Source: a virus (lineage: Duplodnaviria > Caudoviricetes). From it: a stretch of 64,000 nucleotides of DNA. Within the stretch, counting starts at the first letter, position 1. Every line of letters starts with the position of its first letter. Below are positions 54,942 to 64,000 of this stretch, one piece after another. The stretch is from the IMG/VR virus record IMGVR_UViG_3300007770_001239, positions 1-64,000 of that record; one strand, 5' to 3'. The notes under the pieces are model-generated. The model worked only from the letters and a program-made list of their open reading frames with translations, was not told the origin of the DNA and did no database searches. Made by a program: the position numbers and the translations under genes.

Positions 54942-56791
54942 TGGCACGAGGATCCGGAAGAGACGCAATTGCAGACCAGGCTAATCCAACTGCTTCGACT
55001 ACGCCTGACACTAACGCAACTGCAAGCTCAACGCAAATATTCAACAGGGCAGTCGTCGTTGAAGTCTTATATGATTTAAGCGTTTTTTCTGAAGAAGACT
55101 TCGAAGAGATGAAGGCACTAGTCAGCGCCCCAGATATGCTGGCCACGGCCCCAAGAAACTCCATTATAGCGAGGGTGATAACGGGTGGCGCAGATAAGAA
55201 GACCCCCGAAGCGACCGAGGCTCCAACAGAAGATGAGCGGCGAGACGCGGAGGAAAACGCTGAGTCGCTTCCCGAGGGCGAGACTGTTGGTAATGTTGGC
55301 GTTCTATGTTATCCCTTCTTTCCTCCCCACCTATGTTTTCCAGTAAAGCCTGGCGAGCAAGTGTGGGTAGTTCAGGATTCACCCGATAATCCTGCTCAAA
55401 TTCAGTATTGGATGTGTCGTATTCCTGAACCCGCTCATGTGGATGATGTTAATTTCACACATGCCGATCGTAAGTTTGTTGGAAGTTTGGCTCAACCGAC
55501 CACAAAAGAAAAGGCCGATGCCGCGCAAGATTCAGGAACATCTGATACGGGTGAATCATCGACTTCTACCAGCACAGGAGAAGCGAGCAGTCCGCAAGAA
55601 AATTTTGATAAAGACGGCGATGGAATGGACGATCGTATTTTTGGTTTTCCAAACGGTCCCGGAAAGCCAGACCAATTTACACTCAAAGAGGAATTAGCAT
55701 ATGAAGATCTTGTGAATGTTTCTATTGCTTACGACCAATTCAAGCGTCAACATGTTCCGCGATTTACCAAGAAGCCTGGTGATTTTGTTATACAGGGATC
55801 TCACAATACGTTGATAGCTCTAGGTCAGGATCGTGGTTGGGGCTGGATGAAGCGTGAAGATGAACTTGAGCTACCGTGGGACCCGGAATTTTCGAATGCT
55901 ACTCAAGATGAAGATGTTTTAGAGGAGCGAAAAGAATACGTTTGGGGTTCGATCGATATTGTTGCAGGTCGTGGTAGGTATGACTGGCGCTACCGTGGGA
56001 GAACGGAAGAGAGTCCTCCGATGCTGACCGCACCTCGATGTATCCTTAACACTCCGATTCCAGAGCACCTGGGTCCCGGACGAGAACCATGGATAGAGGT
56101 TAATAAAAATCCCCAAGGAAATGAATCGGCCGAGTTAAATCGTCTAGACGCTCCTGCAGAGGGTGATCCAGACTTCGCATACGATGCAGCTCGTATCCTG
56201 GTAGCGCACGGTAGCGATGTAGACGTAAATTTTAATATTGCAACGCCGGGATCGACTATTCCTACGCTTATTGGTCCGGAGGATGGTGATATGACGTTAA
56301 TCACTAAGGACTATCCATCCTCTGTCGTCGCAAAGGCAGATGAGATTCGCCTGATAGCCAGAAGTCATGATGCAGATGTTCCAGTGGATGAAGCTCCCGA
56401 AATTAACGGCTCTATTAGGATTATAAAAGAAGGTCTTCCAGATGAAGACCTCGCGTGCTTGTACATGCTATCAGATGGTACCATCCAGATTAGCGGCTCA
56501 AAGATTTTTCTTGGACGCCACCCGGATGATGGCGGCCTTGGAGAAGATAATTCTGGTCCGGGAGACGGAAGTTCACAGCCGTATGTCAAATATCAGCAGC
56601 TTGAAGATTTGCTTAACGCGACAATGAGTAATATCCAATCTTTTTGTGATACGGTTCTTACTCATGTTACACCCGGATACGGTGCTCCGTCTCCGCAATT
56701 AAATAACGCCGTCGCGACCCTAAAAGCAGATATGAGCTCTCGAATGGGAGAAATTGAAAATCTAAAATCTGAAAGAATATTTGGTGAATAG
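54941..56791 (+). CDS. Baseplate central spike/hub (gp5/gpV-like, no lysozyme domain seen)
   Basis: FPVKPGEQVWVV OB-fold-like motif, GDFVIQGSHNTLIALG, position before gp25-like gene. Confidence 0.65.
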   Translation: MARGSGRDAIADQANPTASTTPDTNATASSTQIFNRAVVVEVLYDLSVFSEEDFEEMKALVSAPDMLATAPRNSIIARVITGGADKKTPEATEAPTEDERRDAEENAESLPEGETVGNVGVLCYPFFPPHLCFPVKPGEQVWVVQDSPDNPAQIQYWMCRIPEPAHVDDVNFTHADRKFVGSLAQPTTKEKADAAQDSGTSDTGESSTSTSTGEASSPQENFDKDGDGMDDRIFGFPNGPGKPDQFTLKEELAYEDLVNVSIAYDQFKRQHVPRFTKKPGDFVIQGSHNTLIALGQDRGWGWMKREDELELPWDPEFSNATQDEDVLEERKEYVWGSIDIVAGRGRYDWRYRGRTEESPPMLTAPRCILNTPIPEHLGPGREPWIEVNKNPQGNESAELNRLDAPAEGDPDFAYDAARILVAHGSDVDVNFNIATPGSTIPTLIGPEDGDMTLITKDYPSSVVAKADEIRLIARSHDADVPVDEAPEINGSIRIIKEGLPDEDLACLYMLSDGTIQISGSKIFLGRHPDDGGLGEDNSGPGDGSSQPYVKYQQLEDLLNATMSNIQSFCDTVLTHVTPGYGAPSPQLNNAVATLKADMSSRMGEIENLKSERIFGE

Positions 56792-56800
56792 GAGGAAATA

Positions 56801-57082
56801 ATGCCATTATCAGCAGCAAAACCATTATTAGAATTAGAAATATTTGCAGCCCTTGAAAATGCGGGAGGCTCGATCGATGCAGGAGCTGAAGACGGAACAA
56901 GCCCAACCGAGATAAACCAGACTCTTGCAAAAGAGCTGGCAGCCGCTATCCATAATTACACTACCCAAGCAATGGTCACAACGCAAGTGGTGACGGTGCT
57001 TGCTGGAGTTGCAATTGGTGCTACAGTTGCTGGTCCAGTTACTGGAGCAGGGATGGGTTCCGGTACGGGAATGTTAATGTAA
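56801..57082 (+). CDS. Small Gly/Ala-rich baseplate protein, possible spike tip
   Basis: GPVTGAGMGSGTG; follows the spike gene; AGGAGG RBS. Confidence 0.55.
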   Translation: MPLSAAKPLLELEIFAALENAGGSIDAGAEDGTSPTEINQTLAKELAAAIHNYTTQAMVTTQVVTVLAGVAIGATVAGPVTGAGMGSGTGMLM

Positions 57083-57136
57083 CTTTTGTTGATTTGTTTA
57101 GGGGGTGACTTATCCCATCACTATTTCTCTAAGCGA

Positions 57137-57143
57137 ATATTTA
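57137..57143 (+). promoter_or_regulatory. Candidate phage late-promoter motif ATATTTA
   Basis: Intergenic, 16 nt before ATG 57160. Confidence 0.5.
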
Positions 57144-57159
57144 GTATGGGTGGTAGATC

Positions 57160-57657
57160 ATGGCTGTATCTAGAAGAGCGAATAACAGGGTTTATAGTTT
57201 TAAGTCTGTAGGAACGACGTATGAGTTACAACGTGAACTTGATTCTAGATCAACTAGGGCGCCTCCTGTTGGGATAAAAACACCGGTTGCCTTATCGGAC
57301 TCCGGTTCAGAATTTATTCAAATGCACACAACTTTCGCTGATCAGATTCATGATAACCTGATTAATTTAATATTGACCAATCATGGGGAGCGGTTAGGGC
57401 AACCTTTATTGGGCGCGAATTTAATGGAGCTAGCATTCGAAATGCAGACAGACGCAGGTGCATCAGAGGCAATGAGCAGAATAACGATGGCGTGTAATCG
57501 CTGGATGCCCTATGTTACACTACTTACATTTGAGCCAGTGATAGAGCATTTTGATAATAAACAGGTGGCCAAGGTCGGTGTCAAGCTATCATATAAGGTA
57601 CCCAAGCTTAAGACGAAAGAGCGTGGGATGGAAATATTAATTTATAGCGCGGGATAA
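57160..57657 (+). CDS. Baseplate wedge protein, gp25/GPW-like
   Basis: QIHDNLINLILTNHGERLGQPLLGANL..FE, WMPYV. Confidence 0.9.
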   Translation: MAVSRRANNRVYSFKSVGTTYELQRELDSRSTRAPPVGIKTPVALSDSGSEFIQMHTTFADQIHDNLINLILTNHGERLGQPLLGANLMELAFEMQTDAGASEAMSRITMACNRWMPYVTLLTFEPVIEHFDNKQVAKVGVKLSYKVPKLKTKERGMEILIYSAG

Positions 57658-57659
57658 AA

Positions 57660-59504
57660 ATGGCAATAAATGCAAAAAGAAATTTGAAAAATGAAGTAAG
57701 ACGGAATTACTTGGCAAAAGACTTCTCGTCTTTTCGTAATGCGCTATACGCACATGCCAAACTATATTTTTCAGATAAAATTCAAGATTTCTCAGATGTA
57801 AGTTTGGGTGGATTGCTTTTAGATATGGCTGCGTTTGTTGGTGATTCGATGTCATTTTATCTAGATCACCAATTTAATGAACTTAATTGGTCTACAGCGA
57901 TTGAGACTAAAAACATTCAAAAGCACTTACGGAATGCGGGTGTAAAAGTTCATGGTGCATCACCATCAGTTGTGATGCTAAAAATATACTTCGAAATTCC
58001 TGCTGAAACGATTACAGGTAATACTGCTCCTAAGGCTGCGCTGCTGCCTAAGGTCGGTGCGCTGTCTACTTTTACCTCTAATGACGGGGTGCCGTTTAAC
58101 CTCCTGGTAGATCTGGATTTTGCAGAGCAAGATTCTGAGGGTAGCTATCTTTATGAATCAGTGGTCGTGGAGACGTCTGAGGACGGAACGCCAACTTCTT
58201 ACGTCGTTATGAGATCCGGTCTTTGTCTTTCTGGGTTCCGTAAAGAATGGAAGACATCCATCCCAAATGTTCACAAACCATTTAGGACGCTCACGCTACC
58301 AGACGAAAATGTCACTGGTATTGTTGATGTTAAAGATAGCGATGGGAACATATACTACGAGGTTGAATCATTATCTCAAGATACTGTTTTCAGAAAGATT
58401 ATTAATTTATCGGAAGACAGCGACTCTGTGGGTTATAATCTTGAAGTAATTCCCGCTCCTTATCGATACATCAAGGCGTATGATTACAACACAAAATTAA
58501 CAACTATACGATTTGGTTCTGGAAATGCGAAGACCTTAGATAACGATATCATCCCTGATCCTTCTGAGCTAGCTCTTCCCCTATACGGTAAAAATACATT
58601 CGCAAGGTTTACTATAGATCCAAATTCGATGTTGCATACCCAGACTTTGGGCATTTCTCCAAGAAATACAACACTCACTATAACGTATAGGGCTGGTGGC
58701 GGTCTAAAACATAATGTGGGAAGTGAAACGATAAGAACAGTCACCACGTTGTTTCTAACCTTCGCGTCAACCGCATCCGCTTCAGAAGCTGGTCAAGTTC
58801 GTGGATCCGTAGACTGCTCAAACCCACTTCCAGCGCTTGATGGTGATCGTGCCCCAACAATTAATGAATTAAGATCCCTGATTCCTTCAAGCAGGGCAGC
58901 ACAATCGCGTATTATAACTAAAGAAGATCTCATTGCAAGAGTCTATACATTACCGAATGAGTTTGGGCGTGTCTACCGTGTAGGTCTCCGGCCCAATCCG
59001 ATTAATTCTCTAGCATCTCAAATATTCATCATCTCTAGAAATAAGAGGAAGAAACTTGCGATGTCTTCTGACACGCTTAAAAAGAATCTTAGAATTTATC
59101 TAAACGAGTTTAGAGCAGTAAGCGATGCCTATGATATTTTAGATGCTAGAATTATTAATTTCGCTGTTAATGTTGATGTTGTGGCACATCCAGACTCGAA
59201 TAAATCCCAAGTCGCACAAACCATTATAACGAATCTCACAGGAATATTACGCACAGAAAATATGCAGATTGATATGCCCGTTGCATATGCTGACATTATA
59301 AATGCCGTTCTTAACAGCGAGGGAGTTATATCGATGGTCGAGGTTAAGCTCGTTAATCTGACAGGGCTTGTAGAAGAAAGAGAATACAGCGACGTGTCAT
59401 TTAGCGTTGAAGGAAACACATTCCAGCAAATGGTCGTCGGACCGCCAGGTAGCATATTTGAAATGAAATATCCCAACAAGGATATTGTAGTGACGGTGAG
59501 ATAA
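57660..59504 (+). CDS. Baseplate wedge protein, gp6/baseplate J-like
   Basis: YLAKDFSSFRNAL, MAAFVGDSMSFYLD, IRFGSG, YRAGGG..HNVG, RIITKEDL. Confidence 0.9.
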   Translation: MAINAKRNLKNEVRRNYLAKDFSSFRNALYAHAKLYFSDKIQDFSDVSLGGLLLDMAAFVGDSMSFYLDHQFNELNWSTAIETKNIQKHLRNAGVKVHGASPSVVMLKIYFEIPAETITGNTAPKAALLPKVGALSTFTSNDGVPFNLLVDLDFAEQDSEGSYLYESVVVETSEDGTPTSYVVMRSGLCLSGFRKEWKTSIPNVHKPFRTLTLPDENVTGIVDVKDSDGNIYYEVESLSQDTVFRKIINLSEDSDSVGYNLEVIPAPYRYIKAYDYNTKLTTIRFGSGNAKTLDNDIIPDPSELALPLYGKNTFARFTIDPNSMLHTQTLGISPRNTTLTITYRAGGGLKHNVGSETIRTVTTLFLTFASTASASEAGQVRGSVDCSNPLPALDGDRAPTINELRSLIPSSRAAQSRIITKEDLIARVYTLPNEFGRVYRVGLRPNPINSLASQIFIISRNKRKKLAMSSDTLKKNLRIYLNEFRAVSDAYDILDARIINFAVNVDVVAHPDSNKSQVAQTIITNLTGILRTENMQIDMPVAYADIINAVLNSEGVISMVEVKLVNLTGLVEEREYSDVSFSVEGNTFQQMVVGPPGSIFEMKYPNKDIVVTVR

Positions 59505-59508
59505 GTTT

Positions 59509-61065
59509 ATGTTTTATATTCTGACTGCAAGCGCTGATACGTATATCACAAATAAGGTAATAGATAGCAAGTTCAAGGCGACTGATGGTAACGTTGGACG
59601 AGCGGGAACGTTAGACTTATTTAAGCTTTGGGATGAATCTAGCTATATTTCTGCGTCTACTCGAATTACATCATCAGTTGACGAGCTATCAAGGCTCTTA
59701 GTAAAATTTGATTATTCCCCGTTATCGAAGCTTACGTCTTCATCGCTTGACTTGAATCACCCGTCGTTTAATGCCAAGCTTGAGCTATTTGAAGTTGTTG
59801 TTGGTGCACCTGTACCGAAGAATTTTTATGTAGTCGGATATCCACTTTCTAGATCATTCGAAGAAGGCTCCGGTAGAAACGTTTCTAATTTTAGTGATGT
59901 AGATGCAGCAAATTTTCTGACCGCATCATACGATGGAGATTCTTCGTTGCTTTGGAACACTTCGGGGTCGGGAGCGAGAGGAATATTGGGAGACACTGGG
60001 ATCGATTATATGATAAGCGGTACCGTCGGTAGTCAGGTTCTTGACTTCGGGTCAACGCAATATTTCGATGAGGGCCCCGGAAAACTTTCACTTGATGTTA
60101 CAAAAGTAGTGTCAGCGTCGATAGCTGGAGTAATTCAAAATCATGGGTGGAGAATTTCTTTCAGTGGATCATCTGAGACTGATAGAAAAACGAGATTTGC
60201 GAAACGCTTTGCTTCAAGACATGCAAGAAACCCATTGATTACTCCACGGATGATCATCACCTGGGATGATAGTATACAAGACAAACACAGGGGTCTTTTA
60301 TTCAACGTTTCGTCTAGTTTATTCTTAAAGAATCTAACTTCCGGTCGTCCGCAGAACCTTGTAAGCGGTTCATCATTAACACAACTAACAGGTCAGAATT
60401 GTGTTCTACTTCGCTTTGTATCTTCATCTGGAGATGTAGCAAGGGAGAAGAATATTTTCGTGACAGCATCCCAGCACACTGGCTCGTCTAATAATGCGGG
60501 GATGGTAGGTGTATATTCCGGAACATTCAATCTCAATAGATTTGATTCTACATTTTTTCAAACGTTAAAACACAACGATGAACTAGAGCTCCAAGAAATC
60601 TGGTCTTCTATAGACAAGACTGTTGGATATTACACTGGTTCGATTACGGTAAAGAAAACAGAACGTGCCGTTGGGGGATTCGCGAATAGAAAGCTTCTAA
60701 TAACTCCTGTTGGCGCTCATTCTGAATATGACAAAGACGTGCAGGCAACTATAAGATTCTTTATTGAAGATATTGAGGCGGCCGCTGATACGAAAGCATA
60801 CAAGCTTCCCAGAAAGCTACAGACGATCATCCTTGACGAAGCGTATTATAGAATAAAAGACAGACAGACCGGCACGATTATTGTTCCGTTTGATAAGACA
60901 AGACAAAGTACCAGAGTGTCGACGGACGGCGACGGTATGTTTATACAATTTAGAACATCTGGGTTACCAAAGAATAGACAACTAACCGTTGATCTGCTTA
61001 TTGTGGATCGAGGAATGGAGCGCTTACTGAAAATCCCAGAAATTGATTTCCGGGTTACTTCATAA
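59509..61065 (+). CDS. Virion structural protein of the baseplate region
   Basis: TASADTYI, RLLVKFD, NHGW, P..IITWDD; lies between baseplate genes. Confidence 0.75.
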   Translation: MFYILTASADTYITNKVIDSKFKATDGNVGRAGTLDLFKLWDESSYISASTRITSSVDELSRLLVKFDYSPLSKLTSSSLDLNHPSFNAKLELFEVVVGAPVPKNFYVVGYPLSRSFEEGSGRNVSNFSDVDAANFLTASYDGDSSLLWNTSGSGARGILGDTGIDYMISGTVGSQVLDFGSTQYFDEGPGKLSLDVTKVVSASIAGVIQNHGWRISFSGSSETDRKTRFAKRFASRHARNPLITPRMIITWDDSIQDKHRGLLFNVSSSLFLKNLTSGRPQNLVSGSSLTQLTGQNCVLLRFVSSSGDVAREKNIFVTASQHTGSSNNAGMVGVYSGTFNLNRFDSTFFQTLKHNDELELQEIWSSIDKTVGYYTGSITVKKTERAVGGFANRKLLITPVGAHSEYDKDVQATIRFFIEDIEAAADTKAYKLPRKLQTIILDEAYYRIKDRQTGTIIVPFDKTRQSTRVSTDGDGMFIQFRTSGLPKNRQLTVDLLIVDRGMERLLKIPEIDFRVTS

Positions 61066-64000
61066 TGTCTTCGAAGAAAAGGGTTTTTGAAGGACAAAGG
61101 TTATTTACACCTAACGTTGTTAGGCGATTTACTAATTCTTCTGGTGTCCTAAAGCGTCAAACTCAGGCAGCACTGTCGGGATCAGATGAGCCCATGAGTG
61201 TAACAGGATCATTTCGTTTTGATCCGCCTGGTTCACCGCTAAAATCCACGCAACAACTTCCGTTGAATTTTGATGCCTGGGAAGAGCACACATTTTTCTG
61301 TTCCGCAGAAGCAAACGTTAATATCGTTTTTGAAAAAATTCTGAATCGTTATCCCTTTGACGGCACAAGGGCAGAATTAGACACGTGGCTTGATGAGCTA
61401 ACGGGTTGGGAGAAATATGTCCTGAATCGATACCCTCAGTATACTGGTTATTTAAGCCTGGACGGAAGTAATCAGTATATAAAGGTCGTCGACAAAGCGG
61501 GTATTCTCTTCCCTGCTCTTTCAAAAAATAAATCAGGAATGACGATCCTTAATCCGGGCTCAAACAGCGTATTCATTGAATTGGATCTCGCCCTAGAGGC
61601 GAAAGCTAATAATAACCAATTCATCTTTAGTCATTTTTCGGGAAGTAACGTTGGCTATGCTGCGTTTATAGAGGCGTCATCGTCGACAGTCAACGCCCCC
61701 GTGATCTTCTGTATGTTAAGCGGGTCTAATATGCTATCAACTCGTTATTATATGGAGAAGGGAAAGTTCGAGCGATTATCATTTGACTACAACCGCCGCC
61801 CTTCATCAAGAAGATTACGAATTCTCAGCGGCAGCACCGCTGTAGCTCAATCAAGAAGATTCAATTTTAGGGGAATTAATACTGATGGCCATCCCTTCCT
61901 AATCGGTTCAGGCTCTGAGATAACGATTGGTAAGAAGTGGATATTTACACCTGCGAACACGCTTAGCGGTTCTATAAACAAGCTAAGAATATTCAATAAG
62001 ACTCGAACAAAAAAGCAACTCGATTATTTTTGTAAGAGAATATTCTTTGCTGGAGACAGTAGTCTATTGCTGAATATGCGATTTAATGAGCCCACAGGAT
62101 CATATACAAATAACAGCGTTGTTCTAGATCACAGCGGAAACAGCCTACACTCTAAGATAACCAATTATTCAACAGTCATCAGATCAGATAAGCAGTATGA
62201 TTCGTTAATAACGTTTCAATCTGCAATTCCACATCCCGTCCTTTTTCCAGCATATCCGGATGTTATCACTCTAAACGAGGGTCTCCTCGCTAGCGCTAGC
62301 CTGTATGATGCTAATAATCCGAATATGATAACCAAGCTAGTACCCCAGCATTATTTTGAGATGGCTGCTCAATCTGACTGGACAGTCGGTGGTGACGCAA
62401 ACGGGACTTTACTAGATGGTATAACTACTGTTCCCGAGTCCTCCTCTGGCCCTGGCGGTGCGAGAATGGGACAGCCTCAGATAATTTCGTCTCTACTCTT
62501 TATGTGGGCTAGAGAATTCGATGAGCTAAAACAGATGCTCGATCATGTAAGTGACTTGGTTCATATAGATTATGACAAGCACGAGTCGGTTGCCGATGCC
62601 TTTTTGCCATTTTTAGCGAACTATTATGGGTTCAAGCTCCCGAATATGTACAGAAATGCTACACACAACCAATTATTCTCAGGAGAGGGAGTTGCGGGTG
62701 ACAATCCTGTCGGAAATCTGCTAGTAGTTCAGAATGAAATGTGGCGCCGCGTTTTGATTAACTTACGAGAAGTGTTCAGCTCAAAGGGAACAGTTCATGC
62801 TATCAAAACATTGTTCCGTGCGTCTGGAATTGATCCAGATAGAATGTTTCGATTTATCGAATATGGCGGATCTCCAGCATTTCGACTTGGTTCCTCACGT
62901 CAGAAAATAACTGAAATTTCTTCATTGGTAGATTTTTCAGGTAGCTTTGCTGGATTGATCGGCACAAAAGATCCTCAAGGTCATTATTCAAACCGGCCAA
63001 CGCTTATATCAACTTATCTTACATCATCTCGCGTTGAGACAGGTTGGCCGCCCATAGGGGGGACGTTTGTAGATAAAACAATATTCACTCCTTTCGGAAT
63101 TTCTAATAATGTGAATGATGGTTTATTAACGTCGGGTAGTTGGACGCTAGAGGGACGCTACCGATTCCCTGTTACTCGTGACTTCCGAAACCCGCAAAGT
63201 TTAATGCGGCTACATTCTACAGGCGCAGCAGAAAGGACCGGTGCAGCAGCAGCAGAGCAGCCGATGTTTTTGAACGTAATCGCTGATCCAGCGATCAATA
63301 AAGTGACGCTTTTTGCCAGACCTGGATTTGCGAGCACTGACCCTATATTAGAACTCCCACTAACTGGTGTGAACGTATTTACGGGTGATAAGTGGTATAT
63401 CTCTGTAGGTAGAAAACGAGACGATGAAGCGGGCGCCTATATTTCTTCAAGTTACTTTTTGAATGTCGCTAGACAGGACAACGGGAACTTGATGGAGTTT
63501 TATACAACTTCGTCATTCTTTGCAGAATCAGCAGCACCCGGTAATAATATCTTCCAAAAAGTAACAGAGGAAAACAAATACGGACCGTTTCTAGTAATTG
63601 GAACACAATCTTTGGGGTCTGATTCGTCTATACAATATTTGAATAATACAACAGCAGTCACAGCAAGTCTATCAAGAGTTACAGACTTCGGTGGCAGAGC
63701 AGGACATTTTAGATTTTTTTCGAAAGCGCTAACGCGCGCTGAAGTTAAGGAGCATGCTCTGAATTTCACATCTGTGGGAGTTGAGGATCCATTGGTCAAT
63801 TTTGGTTTTACACCCGACGTAACTGGGTCCTGGAGTAAGTTAAGGCTAGACCTTTCATGCGATCAATCAGTTACAGCGTCAGACGGCTCTGGTATTTTGA
63901 CGCTAATTGATTTCTCACAGCAGTCTAAAAAGTACCGAACCAAAGTCCCAGGTACTCTCTCACCTATCTTGTTTAACACTGCATCTGAATTTGGCGGTTT
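61065..64000 (+). CDS. Large baseplate wedge-like protein with LamG-like domain, truncated by the window end; absent from the ORF track
   Basis: ATG overlaps the previous TAA; MSSKKRVFEGQRLF...; frame open at my spot checks (VPQHYF 62340, NLREVFSSKGT 62760, SPILFN 63960). SGSINKLRIF..RFNE..DHSGN (LamG-like) and LPFLANYYGF..WRRVLINL..KGT (P2 gpI/gp7-like). Confidence 0.85.
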   Translation, partial: MSSKKRVFEGQRLFTPNVVRRFTNSSGVLKRQTQAALSGSDEPMSVTGSFRFDPPGSPLKSTQQLPLNFDAWEEHTFFCSAEANVNIVFEKILNRYPFDGTRAELDTWLDELTGWEKYVLNRYPQYTGYLSLDGSNQYIKVVDKAGILFPALSKNKSGMTILNPGSNSVFIELDLALEAKANNNQFIFSHFSGSNVGYAAFIEASSSTVNAPVIFCMLSGSNMLSTRYYMEKGKFERLSFDYNRRPSSRRLRILSGSTAVAQSRRFNFRGINTDGHPFLIGSGSEITIGKKWIFTPANTLSGSINKLRIFNKTRTKKQLDYFCKRIFFAGDSSLLLNMRFNEPTGSYTNNSVVLDHSGNSLHSKITNYSTVIRSDKQYDSLITFQSAIPHPVLFPAYPDVITLNEGLLASASLYDANNPNMITKLVPQHYFEMAAQSDWTVGGDANGTLLDGITTVPESSSGPGGARMGQPQIISSLLFMWAREFDELKQMLDHVSDLVHIDYDKHESVADAFLPFLANYYGFKLPNMYRNATHNQLFSGEGVAGDNPVGNLLVVQNEMWRRVLINLREVFSSKGTVHAIKTLFRASGIDPDRMFRFIEYGGSPAFRLGSSRQKITEISSLVDFSGSFAGLIGTKDPQGHYSNRPTLISTYLTSSRVETGWPPIGGTFVDKTIFTPFGISNNVNDGLLTSGSWTLEGRYRFPVTRDFRNPQSLMRLHSTGAAERTGAAAAEQPMFLNVIADPAINKVTLFARPGFASTDPILELPLTGVNVFTGDKWYISVGRKRDDEAGAYISSSYFLNVARQDNGNLMEFYTTSSFFAESAAPGNNIFQKVTEENKYGPFLVIGTQSLGSDSSIQYLNNTTAVTASLSRVTDFGGRAGHFRFFSKALTRAEVKEHALNFTSVGVEDPLVNFGFTPDVTGSWSKLRLDLSCDQSVTASDGSGILTLIDFSQQSKKYRTKVPGTLSPILFNTASEFGG

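Noticed and set aside
830-63799. Numerous alternative-frame and antisense ORFs of 60-195 aa in the track (e.g. 830-1396, 3821-4228, 15503-15994, 21707-22294)
   Set aside because: Shadows of well-supported genes, with no RBS or family motifs.
1-64000. Stop-codon reassignment as in some jumbo phages
   Set aside because: Long ORFs are intact under code 11, and TAG, TGA and TAA all end genes right before the next start (e.g. TAG at 15033, 19039, 56791).
1-64000. Giant eukaryotic virus origin, suggested by PMM, SET and GT6
   Set aside because: SD sites, sigma-type promoters, overlapping operons and contractile-tail baseplate genes indicate a bacteriophage.

Overview
This window looks like a 64 kb piece of a large (jumbo/huge) myovirus-type bacteriophage genome, standard genetic code, gene-dense and mostly + strand. 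It is not a cellular chromosome or an NCLDV: baseplate and tail-fibre genes are present, with Shine-Dalgarno sites and sigma70-like promoters. Layout: (1) 1-390 is non-coding and strongly base-paired. (2) 0.4-22.5 kb is an accessory/host-takeover block: minimal CCA-adding enzyme, (p)ppGpp-hydrolase-like HD protein, Dps-like ferritin, GIY-YIG, vWA lipoprotein, trypsin-like protease, eukaryote-type phosphomannomutase, DinG/XPD helicase, a full yeaH-spoVR-prkA trio, SET methyltransferase, a GroEL homolog lacking its ATP motifs, RNase H, Hc1 histone-like protein, sigma region-4 protein and PIN-PhoH. (3) 22.5-32.6 kb holds tail-fibre genes. (4) 32.8-53.5 kb is a glycosylation island with 13 glycosyltransferase genes (one GT6/ABO-like) plus heptose and GDP-fucose enzymes. 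(5) 53.8-64 kb has a phage sigma-like factor and baseplate genes, the last running off the window. My best candidate for an undescribed system is phage-encoded virion O-glycosylation: the structural proteins flanking the island carry a recurrent [ST]-[GAS]-S tripeptide that is rare in the non-structural proteins. All family calls come from motif recognition by eye; no searches were run.
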